From the NCBI GenBank assembly GCA_963815195.1, contig CAWFGE010000013.1, forward strand, positions 480,001 through 544,000: a stretch of 64,000 bases of DNA, given 5' to 3'. Source of the DNA: an uncultured Planctomycetaceae bacterium (lineage in GTDB: Bacteria; Planctomycetota; Planctomycetia; Planctomycetales; Planctomycetaceae). The notes beneath the pieces are model-generated. The model was given only the letters and a program-made list of their open reading frames with translations. It ran no database searches and was not told the origin of the DNA. Shown piece by piece: positions 1 through 11,176 of the stretch (position 1 is its first letter; the number at the start of each line of letters is the position of its first letter). Made by a program: the position numbers and the translations under genes.

Positions 1-2
1 AG

Positions 3-176
3 CTGCGGTCGTTTCCCCACCTCAGGAGTCTCTCGCTCAGCGACACCTCGCTCACCGAGGAGGGGCTCACGCGGTTGCATCAAACCTTTCCACGGGTCCA
101 AGTCAGGGCGCGGCATTTGGATTATGAGGACCCGTTCCCTTCTTGGCAGGATGTGCCCTATGACACGGTCTTTTGA
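3..176 (+). CDS. C-terminal end of a probable leucine-rich-repeat protein (5'-truncated by window)
   Basis: Manual translation from nt 3: LRSFPHLRSLSLSDTSLTEEGLTRLHQTFPRVQV...YDTVF*, an LxxLxLxxT-type LRR; TGA at 174-176. Confidence 0.55.
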   Translation: MRSFPHLRSLSLSDTSLTEEGLTRLHQTFPRVQVRARHLDYEDPFPSWQDVPYDTVF

Positions 177-994
177 TCGGCCCACGATTTTGATGTGCCC
201 GCCGGACTTTTACGGGATCGAATACGAGATCAACCCCTGGATGAGCCGCAGCCGGCAAAGCGACGCGGCGACTTCGCAACAGCAATGGCAGGATTTGCAC
301 AATTTGCTTTCGTCGTTGGGGGCGGCGATTCGCTTGCTGACGCCGGTCAAGGGCTTGCCGGATTTCGTGTTCACGGCCAACGCGGGTTTGGTCTGGCGGG
401 AGAAAGTGTTTCTCGCGCGGTTTCGGCACGCGGCCCGGCAGGGAGAGACGGTGCTCGATGAGGAATGGTTCCAAAGCCAGGGGTTCGAGACAATCACCGT
501 TCCCGACGCGTGGAATTTCGAGGGGGCCGGCGATGCGCTGTTCTGCGGGGACACGTTGTTCGCGGGGTATCTCATCCGCAGCGACGCCCAGGCGATGCAA
601 TGGCTTGCGGGGGAAATGGGCTGCCGGGTCATTCCGCTGCAACTGGTCGACAACTATTACTATCACCTCGACACCTGCTTCTGCCCGCTCGCGGAGGACT
701 TGGCGCTTTATTATCCGCCGGCATTCGACGGCTACGGCCGCACGGCGCATCTGCGAGCACATTCCCAATTTGATTTCCGTCGAAACGGAAGAGGCCCGGC
801 GGTTCGCGTGCAACGCGGTCGTGGTGGGCCGGCATGTCGTTTTGAACACAGGCTGCCCCCGCTTGGAAGCCGACCTGAAAGAGCACGGCTTCGAGCCGCA
901 CGCGACGGAGTTGGGCGAGTTCATCAAAGCCGGGGGCAGCGCAAAATGCCTGACGCTCAGGCTCGACGGCGAAGACGCGGCCGTTTGGCCGTAG
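160..994 (+). CDS. Amidinotransferase / dimethylarginine dimethylaminohydrolase-family protein (frameshift ~745)
   Basis: LMCPPDFYGIEYEINPWM, PDFVFTANAG, FEGAGDA and YHLDTCFCPL in ORF 124-1383; continues as FACNAV...EFIKAGGSAKCLTL in ORF 458-994. Confidence 0.85.
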
Positions 995-1175
995 CGCGAG
1001 GGGTCGCCGATGCCGGCGCGAAAAGTCTTTCAGAATTCGGAATAGCGCTTGACACGGCAATCGCCACGGGGGATTATCATTTTACATTCATCGAATGTGT
1101 TTCAACCGGCGGTCTGCATTGCGGTTACACATTTTGTTGCGTTTCCCTCTCTGGTTTGTGCCCAAGGAATAAAAC

Positions 1176-1532
1176 ATGTCAACTGGCTATCGGCGATTGG
1201 ACATCGAGGAAGTGGGCGATGTCACCGTTGCCAAATTCATCGACAAAAAGATTCTCGATGAAACCAACATTCAAATCATCGGCAACCAATTGTTCGGCCT
1301 CGTCGATGAGGACGGCCGCGACAAAATCGTGCTGGATTTCTCCAACGTGGAATATCTCTCGAGCGCCGCCTTGGGCAAATTGATTACGCTGGACAAAAAA
1401 GTCAAAGCCGCCAAAGGCAAACTGCGGTTGTGTTCCATCCGCCCCGACATTTACGAAGTCTTCGCGATCACCAAGCTCAACCAGCTTTTCGCGATCGATA
1501 AAGACCAGGAAACATCGCTGGCGGCGTTTTAG
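1176..1532 (+). CDS. STAS-domain anti-sigma factor antagonist (SpoIIAA/RsbV-like)
   Basis: 118 aa; IVLDFSNVEYLSSAALGKLI phospho-Ser motif; AAGGA RBS upstream. Confidence 0.9.
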   Translation: MSTGYRRLDIEEVGDVTVAKFIDKKILDETNIQIIGNQLFGLVDEDGRDKIVLDFSNVEYLSSAALGKLITLDKKVKAAKGKLRLCSIRPDIYEVFAITKLNQLFAIDKDQETSLAAF

Positions 1533-1685
1533 TCCGCGTCCCCGCGGCCACTGGATGGAACCTGCCTCGGTCCGTGTCCGTAAACATCCCCGCATCCTCT
1601 GTTTGCCTTCCCAACGGTCACTCTCGCATTTTTGACCCCAGTCGCGTGTGTCAGCCAACCGTTCCATTGAACATCTTGTGGATTC

Positions 1686-2109
1686 ATGGTCCAAGACGAA
1701 TTTCAAGTCGCGATCCCCAGCAAAACGGGTGAAGGCCAGGCCGTTCAGGAGCGAATCGTCTCGCTCCTCGAACAGTTGGAATACCCGCCGCGGGACGTGT
1801 TTGGAGTTCGCCTGGCCTTGGAAGAGGCGCTGGTGAATGCGATCAAGCACGGCAACGGGATGGTGCCGTCAAAGTTGGTCCGGATCGAATGCCGGGTCAG
1901 CGCAGGATTCCGTGTGGATTCGCATCGAGGATGAAGGCCACGGCTTCGATTTGGAATCCTTGCCGGATCCCACGCTGGAGGAGAATCTGGAAAAACCCTC
2001 CGGCCGCGGCATTTTGCTCATGCGGGAGTTTATGACGAAAGTCGAATACAACGAGCGCGGCAATTGCGTTATTCTGGAAAAACGCCGCGATGTCGCCGAC
2101 GCCGACTAA
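1686..2109 (+). CDS. Anti-sigma factor / Ser kinase, RsbW-like HATPase (frameshift ~1905)
   Basis: LALEEALVNAIKHGN (N box) in ORF 1686-1934; IEDEGHGFD...PSGRGILLM (G boxes) in ORF 1837-2109. Confidence 0.85.
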
Positions 2110-2578
2110 GCCGCCGACAGCCGAGTGGGAAAAAGCCCTCGTTTGCGACCCAGGGTTTTCTGGGGCGGCAAATCGGGGAAAACGCGAAATCTGTGAGGAT
2201 TCTGTGTAGACAACTCTTCCACAATTCGGCAGACTGAACCAAGCGCTCGATTCCTCAACTTCGCTTCCCAGCGTAAGTTGAGGAAGGGCAACTGTCCTAC
2301 GAACGTGAAAAATCCGAAATCCTCCCCTCTGTGGGAGACCTTCGGTGCGGGCCATTTCATCATAAACTCGTTCGAGAAACGGAATTCCTTTGCGGGTGGA
2401 CGACCCGCCTGGCGTTTCCTCCGTGTCGCTGAATACCTAATTCGCAACCCACTCGTCTTCCAGAAGCGCGAATGCGAAGGGTGGGCGGCACGTGGAATCT
2501 TGAAGTGTTGGGTTTCTCGACTTTTGTGTTTGCGGAGGTGGCTCGCCCGGTTGGTTTCCCCCAACTTAGGATTCTCTC

Positions 2579-3571
2579 ATGGCCCAAACCGTTTCGCCCC
2601 CCAATGGACGGATGGCGCGATTGGACCGCCGGCATGATGCGATTTGGTTGGATGGTCCAGTCCCGGCGGGGTTTTGGGACGAGTGGGAAAACCGCAGGCG
2701 TTACCTGCTCTGGCTCGGCGAGCAGCTCGGCTTTGAATCGGTCCGGGATTGGTACCGCGTTACCACGGACGACGTCAAAGCCCATCGCGGCGGCGGCGTG
2801 CTCAAATACGCCTGGAACAGTTCCATCATCGCCGGCGTGAGAGACTGCTTTCCCGATTATGACTGGAAAGATTGGCTGTTCGGAATGTGCCCCCGCACCT
2901 TCTGGTGCGATCCCAAGAACCACAAGGTCTACATGAATTGGCTGGGCCAGCAGCTGGGAATCCGCCGCGCCGAAGATTGGTACAACGTGACCAACGACGA
3001 CTTCATCCGCAACAAAGGCGGGGCGTTTTTGCTGCACTACAACTGCACTATCTCCGCCGCGGTGATGGCCCATCTCCCCGATTACGAGTGGAAAGAGTGG
3101 CTGTTTCGCAAGATCCCCAAAGGCTTCTGGCATTTGAAGAAAAACCGCCTCCGCTATCTCAAATGGCTCGCCGATCGCCTGGAAATTCGCCGCATGGAAG
3201 GCTGGTATCACCTTACCCGCCGGCATTTTGAAGAGAACTGCGGGAACAATCTGCTCAAGCAGTTCGCCGGCTCGCCTTGCCTGCTCTTGAAAGACGCCTA
3301 TTCCCGCTACCCCTGGAAGGAATGGATGTTCCGCCGGGTGCCTTTGGGGTTCTGGAAACGCCGCGAAAACCGCCGCCGGTATATGGATTGGCTCGGCAAG
3401 CACCTCGGATACAAAACCCCCGAGGATTGGTACCAAATCCGCCGCAGCGATTTTCTGCAAAACTACGGCGGCGGATTGTTGGCGTCGCTTTCGTCCTACA
3501 AAGATCTCCTGGAAGAACACCTGCCCGATTTGGACTGGAACCGCGAAGCCCTCGCCATCCCTCGCCAATAA
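2579..3571 (+). CDS. Hypothetical Trp-rich protein built of four ~75-aa repeats
   Basis: Repeat consensus PxGFW..xNRRRYLxWLGxxLG...EDWY...GGxLL...PDYxWKxWxF; AGGA RBS. Confidence 0.8.
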   Translation: MAQTVSPPNGRMARLDRRHDAIWLDGPVPAGFWDEWENRRRYLLWLGEQLGFESVRDWYRVTTDDVKAHRGGGVLKYAWNSSIIAGVRDCFPDYDWKDWLFGMCPRTFWCDPKNHKVYMNWLGQQLGIRRAEDWYNVTNDDFIRNKGGAFLLHYNCTISAAVMAHLPDYEWKEWLFRKIPKGFWHLKKNRLRYLKWLADRLEIRRMEGWYHLTRRHFEENCGNNLLKQFAGSPCLLLKDAYSRYPWKEWMFRRVPLGFWKRRENRRRYMDWLGKHLGYKTPEDWYQIRRSDFLQNYGGGLLASLSSYKDLLEEHLPDLDWNREALAIPRQ

Positions 3572-3694
3572 CAAAAGCCGGCGGATCCGGAAAATGGGAA
3601 ACAAAAGTCTGGATCTGAGGCGAAGTTCACGGTACGCTTTCTCGAAGAGCCTCTCTTCATTTCCCTGCGCTCGACTGGAAGGAATCCCGTTCCC

Positions 3695-4078
3695 ATGAGC
3701 GTCTCCGACTCTTTTACTCCCGGCCGCAATCGAACCGAAACTCTGCCCAAGGTCTTCGACATCGATGAGTCGGCCAAGTCGATCCTCGTGAGACTCGGCC
3801 GGGAAGCGTCTTTGGAGGAGGCGTTCATTGTCCGTTGCCGAAAGGAGATCACCCGGCTGTTGGAATCCGGGGACTTCGAGACCGTGCTCTTCGATTTGGA
3901 AGATTTGCTGATTTTGCCAAGCAGCGCCTTGGGTTTGATCGCCGCCGTCAGCAGGCAGCCCGCACTTGTCATCGTGAAAAACGCGTCCCCGGCGATTCAC
4001 GAGGATTTCCAACTCACGGGTCTCTATCGCATGGTCGAGTTCGACCCGGCCCCGGGAAAATCTCCTCCTGCGAAATGA
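3695..4078 (+). CDS. STAS-domain protein (divergent anti-anti-sigma factor)
   Basis: VLFDLEDLLILPSSALGLIA and EDFQLTGLYRM motifs. Confidence 0.7.
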   Translation: MSVSDSFTPGRNRTETLPKVFDIDESAKSILVRLGREASLEEAFIVRCRKEITRLLESGDFETVLFDLEDLLILPSSALGLIAAVSRQPALVIVKNASPAIHEDFQLTGLYRMVEFDPAPGKSPPAK

Positions 4079-4085
4079 TCTTGGA

Positions 4086-5086
4086 TCATTCTGCGAATCG
4101 CTTCAATTCCGGCTCGATCCGCCGCAGGCCTTCTTCCACGCTGATCTCGGGATTGTAGCCGAAGTCGCTCTTCGCTTTGGAAACGTCATAAGTGTGCGAT
4201 TGGCTGAGTTCGAGGGCCAGAAACCGCGTCATGGGAGGCTCGGCTGCGATTTTGAGCGTCTTGTAAATCCCCTCGAATACCGCCCCCAATCGATAAGCGG
4301 CCTTTGCGGAGATGTGTTTTTTGACCGGCGGCACGCCCGCCCGCTTTAACAACTCGTCGATCCAATCCCACAGGTTGACCGGTTCGGGCTCGTTGATGAA
4401 GTAGGCTTCTCCGCAGACCGCGGAACCGGGAACCAGGGCATCGCCCGCTTGGAGATGGGCGGCGGCGGCGTTTTCCACGTAGCACATCGAAATCAGATTG
4501 CTCCCATCACCCACGCGCCGCAAGCGCCGGACTTCGCCCGGCGGATGAGCCGCGGGATCAAATGATTGTCCCGCGGCCCCCAAATCAGATGCGGCCGCAG
4601 AGCGCACGTCAACAGCCCGTCCCGGCCGTTCGTGGCGAGAACCGCTTGCTCCGCGAGGGCTTTTGTGTGCGGATAATGACAGAGATACCGCTGGGGATAG
4701 GGGGCGGTTTCATCGGTCCCCAAATGCGGCGTGCCGTCGAACACCACGCTGGGGGAACTGGTGTAAACGAGCCGCCGGACGCCGCGCTCCCGGCAGGCTT
4801 CGATGACATTCAAAGTGCCCTGGGTATTGACACCGTAGAAATGTTTCCAGGACCCCCAAATCCCCGGAACCGCGGCGACGTGAAACACCGTCTCGCAATT
4901 CGCCGCGGCTTGGGAGACGGCCGCCCGATCCCGCACGTCTCCGCGAACACAGGAAACGCCCAGAGCCTTGAGTTCGGGATACTCCCCGCGGGCCAACACG
5001 CGAACCTCGTCGCCCCGGGCTCGCAGGTGCTCCACGATATACCGCCCCAAAAACCCCCCGCCGCCCGTGACCAGTGTCGTCGCCAT
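4086..5086 (-). CDS. NAD-dependent epimerase/dehydratase, 3-beta-HSD / OleD-like (frameshift ~4525)
   Basis: [41 protein letters not shown]-terminal half in ORF 4086-4607. Confidence 0.85.
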
Positions 5087-5230
5087 GTTGATTCATGAGC
5101 AAAGTGAAAGAAAATAGAGGATAGAAGTTGGAGGATAGCCGCTTCTAACCTCGATCTTCCATCCTCAATCCGGCGTGTGAAGGCAGGAGATTATCCTCCG
5201 CCAGGTCGCTCGTCATTCCGGTGCCTTTCC

Positions 5231-5345
5231 CTCGTTCCCAAGCTCTGCTTGGGAACGCACTCACGCGAAGCTCCGCTTCGCAACGCATCCATAACGCGAC
5301 CGTCTCCGAGTGGATTTGAGTCGCCCGACGGAGCTTGGGAACGAG
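5231..5345. repeat. REP-like palindromic element (CTCGTTCCCAAGCTC...GAGCTTGGGAACGAG)
   Basis: Terminal inverted repeats at 5231-5245 and 5331-5345; internal hairpins GTTCCCAAGC/GCTTGGGAAC and GCGAAGC/GCTTCGC. Confidence 0.75.
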
Positions 5346-5368
5346 GGTAGAAAATGCACCGGCGGACA

Positions 5369-6215
5369 CTACTCTTCCGCCAGGTCGCTCGTCGCTCCGG
5401 TGCCTTGCTCTTGGATTCTCATGTCCACGTTGAAGGTGGAGGTGGACTGGTAATCGTCGCGCGAAGCGTTGCCGTCTTTCTCGTGGCGAACCACTTCGAC
5501 CTTCCAGCGGGCGAGGCCGAACGGAACCTGGTCGCTGGTCCAAATGTCGGCTTTGTTGACCGAACGATTGGTGGGGCTTTCCATCGTCAACTCGCCCTTG
5601 TAATGCGTCGCGGTGGTCACCGACTGAAGTTTGACTTGGGGAATCTTCGCCCTCGCCGGCGACCTCCAAGGTGCGATAATAAGCCAAGAGCGAGATCATC
5701 GGGTAGGTCTGCAAAACCCCGGACGTGATCGGTTCCACGGGCCGTTCCCCGAACCGGCGATAGCCTTTCACCACCGGCAGAAACGCCACGGGGATAGTGT
5801 CTTTGTCGATGACTCGACCTTCGACCGGCGGGCCGGTGATGCCCGCGATCGGCACGAGCACCTTGTAAATTCGCTGCCCGCCGGGGCCGGGTTTCAGAGT
5901 TCCGTCGCCGCCTTTTTCCGAAGCCGTGATGACTTTGATCTCGAACCATTGGCAATCCACGGTTTGGCCCTCGTACTCCGCTTGGGTCTTTTTGAGGGCT
6001 TTGAGCGTCAGGTGCCGACGCCAGGGGCCGAGTTTCAGGCGTTTATCGACCGGATCGTTGGGGCGGTCGTCGAACTGCGAGTAGTCGCCTTCGTACCGCA
6101 CCCAGGTTCCCTCGTCGGGGGCTTTCCAGATCAAGCCCTGTGCGGACGCCGAGGACGCGGTGTAAGCTCCGAGTCCGAAAACCAACAGATAACCCAAGAA
6201 AAATCGCCGAAACAT
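5369..6215 (-). CDS. Secreted hypothetical protein (frameshift ~5625)
   Basis: Signal peptide MFRRFFLGYLLVFGLGAYTASSASA-QG; C-terminus in ORF 5369-5620. Confidence 0.7.
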
Positions 6216-6440
6216 AAGTTCCTCGATATTTGAAACCAATGATGGGAAATATGGAAACCCTGGATTGGGGAAGGAAGAGTCCTTCTTTCCAGTGTGACAC
6301 ACCGCCGCGGAGGTGGCAAGGGTTTTTCTCGGCGGCGGAATTTGACCACCACGAAAGTTTTTATCCGGCGCAAAAATCGGCACGGAGAATGTCGCTTGGG
6401 ACATCTTCCGCGCCGATTGGGGGGGGCCGTCGATTTGGGA

Positions 6441-6956
6441 TTATTTCGCGGCGGCGAAGGCGGCGTCGTAGTTGGGATGCTCGGCGATTTCCTTCACGTA
6501 TTCCACGTGCTTGACTTTCCCTGCGCCATCGACCACGAACACCGCCCGCACCAGCAATCGGTCAAGCGCACCGCCCGAAAGCAACACACCATAATCTTCG
6601 GCGAATTTCGTGCAGCGGTGGGCGCTTAAGGTTTTGACATTGTCCACGCCCTCGGCTCCGCACCAGCGTTTGATCGCGAACGGCAGATCCATGCTCACGA
6701 CCATGATCTCCACGCCCGGGTGGCTTTTGGCCAGGTCGTTGAATTTTTTGGTTTCTTCGCTGCAAACCGGGGTGTCCAGCGAGGGGACGGTGGCGATGAC
6801 GCGCGTTTTGCCCGCGGATTGGGCCAGCGTGACATCTTCCAGAGCCGGACTTTGCAGTTTGAAATCGGGAGCCGAGTCGCCCGCTTTGAGCACCGTTCCC
6901 GCGACATCCACGGGGTTGCCTTTAAATGTCACCGCATCATTTCGCACATTGGCCAT
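6441..6956 (-). CDS. tpx: Thiol peroxidase (atypical 2-Cys peroxiredoxin)
   Basis: [37 protein letters not shown] motifs. Confidence 0.95.
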   Translation of the reverse strand: MANVRNDAVTFKGNPVDVAGTVLKAGDSAPDFKLQSPALEDVTLAQSAGKTRVIATVPSLDTPVCSEETKKFNDLAKSHPGVEIMVVSMDLPFAIKRWCGAEGVDNVKTLSAHRCTKFAEDYGVLLSGGALDRLLVRAVFVVDGAGKVKHVEYVKEIAEHPNYDAAFAAAK

Positions 6957-7112
6957 CGTGTGATCCTTCCATATAATGAAGATTCCAAAAGGGAGAGTCC
7001 CGCTCACAATCCGCAGTATCCCAACTGCCGCCCAAGTTGCAAGTCTGTCGGCGGCCAGACTGGGAGATGGGGAGAGCCGAGGCGAAAACTCAAATACACA
7101 ACGGACAGCGGA

Positions 7113-8947
7113 ATGGCACGATCGGTTTATGATTTTGACGTCGTGGTCGTGGGAGCCGGGCATGCGGGCTGCGAGGCGGCATTGGCGGCGGCTCGCATCG
7201 GGGCGAAAACCGCGCTTTTGACCATGAACTGCGACACCGTGGCCCAGATGAGTTGCAACCCCGCCATCGGAGGCGTGGCCAAGGGGCAGATCGTCCGCGA
7301 GATCGACGCCCTGGGCGGCGAGATGGGCCGGGTCACCGACGAGACCGCCCTGCAGTTCCGCATGCTCAACCGCGCCAAAGGCCCGGCCATGCACAGCCCC
7401 CGCGCCAGGCCGACAAAAAAGCCTACCAGTTCCTGATGAAGCAGCGGGTCGAGGCCCAGGAAAATCTCGTGCTTCGCCAGGAAATGGCCGAGGGCCTAAT
7501 CGTCGAAAACGGAGCCGTCGCCGGGCTAAAAGTCCGCGGCGATGCGATGTATCGGGCGAAAGCGGTGGTGCTGACCACGGGCACGTTTTTGCAGGCCGTG
7601 ATGCACACCGGCGAATCCAAAACCCAAGGCGGCCGGGCCGGCGAAGGCACCACGGGCACGCTGTCCGATTGCCTCTCGGCGTTGGGGTTTGAGCTGGAAC
7701 GATTCAAGACCGGCACGCCCGCCCGCTTGAACGGCCGCACGATCGATTATTCCCTCCTCGAACTCCAGCCCGGCGACGACGACCCGCAGCCGTTTTCGTT
7801 TCTGACCGACCGCCTCACGCAGACGCAGCTTCCCTGTTACATCACGCACACCAATGCCGGCGTCCACGAGATCATCCGGGCCAATCTCGACCGGGCCCCG
7901 ATGTATTGCGGGCAGATTTCCTCGACGGGGCCGCGGTATTGTCCGAGCATCGAGGACAAAGTCGTGCGGTTCGCCGAGCGGGATTCGCACCAGATTTTCC
8001 TGGAGCCCGAAGGCTACAACACGCACGAAGTGTACTGCAACGGCATCTCCACCAGCCTCCCGCGGGACGTGCAGGACGAGATGGTCCGCCGGATTCGCGG
8101 CTTGGAGAACGCGGAGATCATGCGGTACGGCTACGCGGTGGAATACGATTTCGCTCCGCCCACGCAACTCAAGGCGACCTTGGAGACCAAGCGCGTGGCC
8201 GGTCTGTATTTCGCGGGCCAACTCAACGGCACGACCGGTTATGAAGAAGCCGCGGGCCAGGGACTTTTGGCGGGAGCGAACGCGGCCCTCAAGATCGCCG
8301 ATCAGCCGGCGTTGATTCTCGACCGCAGCCAGGCGTACTTGGGGGTGTTGATCGACGACCTCGTCACCAAAGGCGTCGATGAGCCTTACCGCATGTTTAC
8401 CTCGCGGGCGGAGTATCGGCTCTTGCTCCGGCACGACAACGCCGACCGCCGACTTACGCCCCTCGGCCGCCGGGCCGGGTTGGTGTCGGACGAACGCTGG
8501 CGTCGGCTGGAACGGCACGAAGCCGAGATCGCCCGCGCGACTGAACTCATCACCGGCCGCCGACATCAGGGGGCGACGTTGGAAGAGCTTCTCCGCCGGC
8601 CCGAAAACAATTGGGACAAGATTTCCGCGGTCTCGCCTGAAGCGGCGGAACTCGATCTCTCAGCATTAGCCCGGCATCAGGTGGAAGTCGAAACCAAATA
8701 CGCGGGCTACATCCGCCGGCAGTTGGCGACCGTGAACAAGCAGCAAAAGGTGCAAAACGTGCGGATTCCCGACACGTTCGACTACATCGCCATCCCGCAG
8801 CTTCGCGCAGAGGCCAAGGAAAAGCTGACCCGCATCCGCCCCCAAAACCTGGGCCAAGCCGGCCGCATCAGCGGCATCACCCCGGCCGACCTCGCGGTGT
8901 TGATGCTGTATCTCGACAACCCCAACCGCAGCGCCTCGACCCGCTGA
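7113..8947 (+). CDS. mnmG: tRNA uridine-5-carboxymethylaminomethyl(34) synthesis enzyme MnmG/GidA (frameshift ~7405)
   Basis: [66 protein letters not shown]. Confidence 0.95.
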
Positions 8948-9010
8948 TGCTCCGGCCAAACTCAAACCGTGCGCTTCGAGGCTTAGATGAATGGTGACCG
9001 TTGAAACCAA

Positions 9011-9038
9011 GACCGGCGACTAGCGCCGTTCCGCTCAC
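9011..9038. repeat. REP-like copy (GTGAGCGG..GGCGCTAG family, inverted)
   Basis: ACCGGCGACTAGCGCCGTTCCGCTCAC resembles the copy at 49546-49573. Confidence 0.55.
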
Positions 9039-9115
9039 GTTGGCGGAATCTGCATTTTCACGCACGCTTTCAACAAGAACCCGGCCAATGACAAAATGCA
9101 CCCGAATCGTGGCGT

Positions 9116-10711
9116 TCAAGCGGGTTTGACGTGCGGGTCGCCGGCTTCGACGACGAAGGACGCCCGTGTGGAACACTTGCCGCCCGGCTTTTGAATATCG
9201 TCGACCACCACGTAATCGCTGGTCCAAGTCTCCGGCGTGACGCGGCAGCGGACGTAGCCCCGCTCGCGGTTGTGGAACTTGACGCAGGGATTGTCCGCGA
9301 GCAGTTTTTCGAGATCGCGCGGTTTGTCCTCGCCGTTGCCGCCGCTGCTGATCGATGTGCCCACGAACTCGGTGGCGACGACGGCTTCGCCGGGTTTCCG
9401 GTCATCGATGCGGAGTTCGTTGACCCAGTTGGAATGAATGTCCCCCGTGAGCACAACGGGATTGGGCACCCGCCGCTCGGCGATGTACTTCATCAACTGC
9501 ATTCGCTCGTAAGCGCAGCCGGGCCATTGATCCATCGAATACACCGGCGGCTCCATGCCCTTCGCGAAGCCGACGAGGCCCATCATCACCTGCTGGGCGA
9601 GCACGTTCCACGTCGCTTGGGACGCGATCAGCGATCGGTCCAGCCAGTCCCGCTGTTTGTCTCCCAACAACGAATTGCCGCGGTAGAGGGCCGCATCGTT
9701 CAAGGGCGATTTCTTGTCGCCGTTGGGCTGATCGGTGCGGTATTGCCGGGTGTCCAATACGAAAAAGTCGGCGAGCCGGCCGAAGGGAGACCGGCGGTAA
9801 AGCTGCATGTGCGGTCCCTTGGGCAGCGAACGCCGGCGGAGAGGCATCATCTCGTAATACGCCTGATACGCATTGGCCCGCCGGATAAGATAATCCACAG
9901 GGTCGGCATCAAGCTCTTCGGAAACATCTCCCGCGCAATTGTTGTCGAACTCATGATCGTCCCAGGTCAAAAGCCACGGGCATTTCGCGTGCATGCCGTG
10001 GAGCAAGGGGTCGGCCCGGTACTGCGAATGCCGGACGCGGTAATCGCCCAGCGATTCGAGTTCCGGGCCGAGGTGCGTCCGCACCTTGCCGTTTTTGCCG
10101 GAGGCGTATTCGTAGATGTAATCGCCCAGATGGATCACCAGGTCGAGGTCGTCTTGGGCCATCTGCTCGTAGGCGGTGAACAGGCCCTGCTCGAAATTCT
10201 GGCAGGAGGCGAAGGCGAATTTCAGTTCTCCCGGGAGCTGAGCCGGGCTGGGGAACGTGCGGGTGCGGCCGATGGGACTCTCCGCATCCCCGGCCCGGAA
10301 ACGATACCAATACCAGCGGTCCGGCTTGAGGCCTTCGACTTCGACGTGAACCGAATGTCCCAACTGCGGCGTGGCCAGGGTCTTGCCGGAAGCGACGGTT
10401 TTCTTCATCGCGTCGTCTTCTGCCACTTCCCACTTCACTTCGACCGCCGAGGGCGGCATGCCGCCGTGGGGATCGAAAGGTTCGGGAGCGAGCCGGGTCC
10501 AAATCACCACGCCCCGGCTCCAGGGATCGCCCGATGCGACGCCCAGGGCAAAGGGTTCCTTCGGAAAATTGGGGATCGCTTCGGCCATCGCCGCGCGGTT
10601 CAAAAGCGGTAGCGAAGACAGCGCGGCCCCGTAGCCCAAAAACAACCGCCGGCTGATGCCCCCTTCATAACGCACCGCTTCGCGAAGATTCCGCAGATCG
10701 AACATCGTCAA
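9116..10711 (-). CDS. phoD: Alkaline phosphatase D family protein, Tat-exported
   Basis: SRRLFL Tat motif; FALGVASGDP, HLGDYIYE, TWDDHE, LDTRQYR, LTGDIH. Confidence 0.93.
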   Translation of the reverse strand: MTMFDLRNLREAVRYEGGISRRLFLGYGAALSSLPLLNRAAMAEAIPNFPKEPFALGVASGDPWSRGVVIWTRLAPEPFDPHGGMPPSAVEVKWEVAEDDAMKKTVASGKTLATPQLGHSVHVEVEGLKPDRWYWYRFRAGDAESPIGRTRTFPSPAQLPGELKFAFASCQNFEQGLFTAYEQMAQDDLDLVIHLGDYIYEYASGKNGKVRTHLGPELESLGDYRVRHSQYRADPLLHGMHAKCPWLLTWDDHEFDNNCAGDVSEELDADPVDYLIRRANAYQAYYEMMPLRRRSLPKGPHMQLYRRSPFGRLADFFVLDTRQYRTDQPNGDKKSPLNDAALYRGNSLLGDKQRDWLDRSLIASQATWNVLAQQVMMGLVGFAKGMEPPVYSMDQWPGCAYERMQLMKYIAERRVPNPVVLTGDIHSNWVNELRIDDRKPGEAVVATEFVGTSISSGGNGEDKPRDLEKLLADNPCVKFHNRERGYVRCRVTPETWTSDYVVVDDIQKPGGKCSTRASFVVEAGDPHVKPA

Positions 10712-10848
10712 AAAGTCCTTATGAGTTAGCAGCGGTTCAGAAATTAGCCGCAGGGCGCTAGCCTGGGCTGTTAAAAAATTGGTATTGAAGTCTAAAAACG
10801 CGGGTTCTGGCTTGCGCCACCTTTGTTCTCGTTTTTTTGGAAAGCATT

Positions 10849-11042
10849 AGGGCCGAAGGCCCGGCTCTCTGTCAGCCCAGGGCCAGCGCAGCGCCGCCCT
10901 GGGTTACGGATGATCCATGAAACGCAAGCCCCACGGGGGCGGCCCCTCTCGCCACGGAACAAGGCATCGCGCATTTCCGATTTCGGGCCGCCCCGTTGGG
11001 GCTTCGGCATTTTGCTCGTTCCCGTTCCCAGGGCTGCGCCCT
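10849..11042. repeat. REP-like hairpin cluster, continuing at 12700-12731 on the far side of the IS110
   Basis: AGGGCCGAAGGCCCGGC..TCAGCCCAGGG at 10849 is inverted relative to CTGGGCTGAC..GCCGGACCTTCGGCCCT at 12700-12731; internal GCCCC/GGGGC stems. Confidence 0.7.
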
Positions 11043-11176
11043 TATAGGATTTGCTGAGGGATGGATCGGCCGCGGGAGAGGGCGGGGGGACGCAAGTCTC
11101 TCCCCACGGACTCTTCCGCGCCGGAGCCGATCCAGCGCCGTTTTTTTCCTGTTTTTCCAGCCCCAACTTTGAGAGG

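Noticed and set aside
2110..2578. ncRNA or riboswitch in the 470-bp intergenic region
   Set aside because: Only short isolated hairpins; no recognisable family, and an Rfam scan would be needed
4086..5086. Olefin (oleABCD) biosynthesis cluster
   Set aside because: Only an OleD/3-beta-HSD-like gene is present; no oleA, oleB or oleC nearby
7113..8947. mnmG and other split genes as true pseudogenes or programmed frameshifts
   Set aside because: No other decay is visible, no shared slippery motif was seen, and the pattern spans the whole window, so sequencing error is more parsimonious
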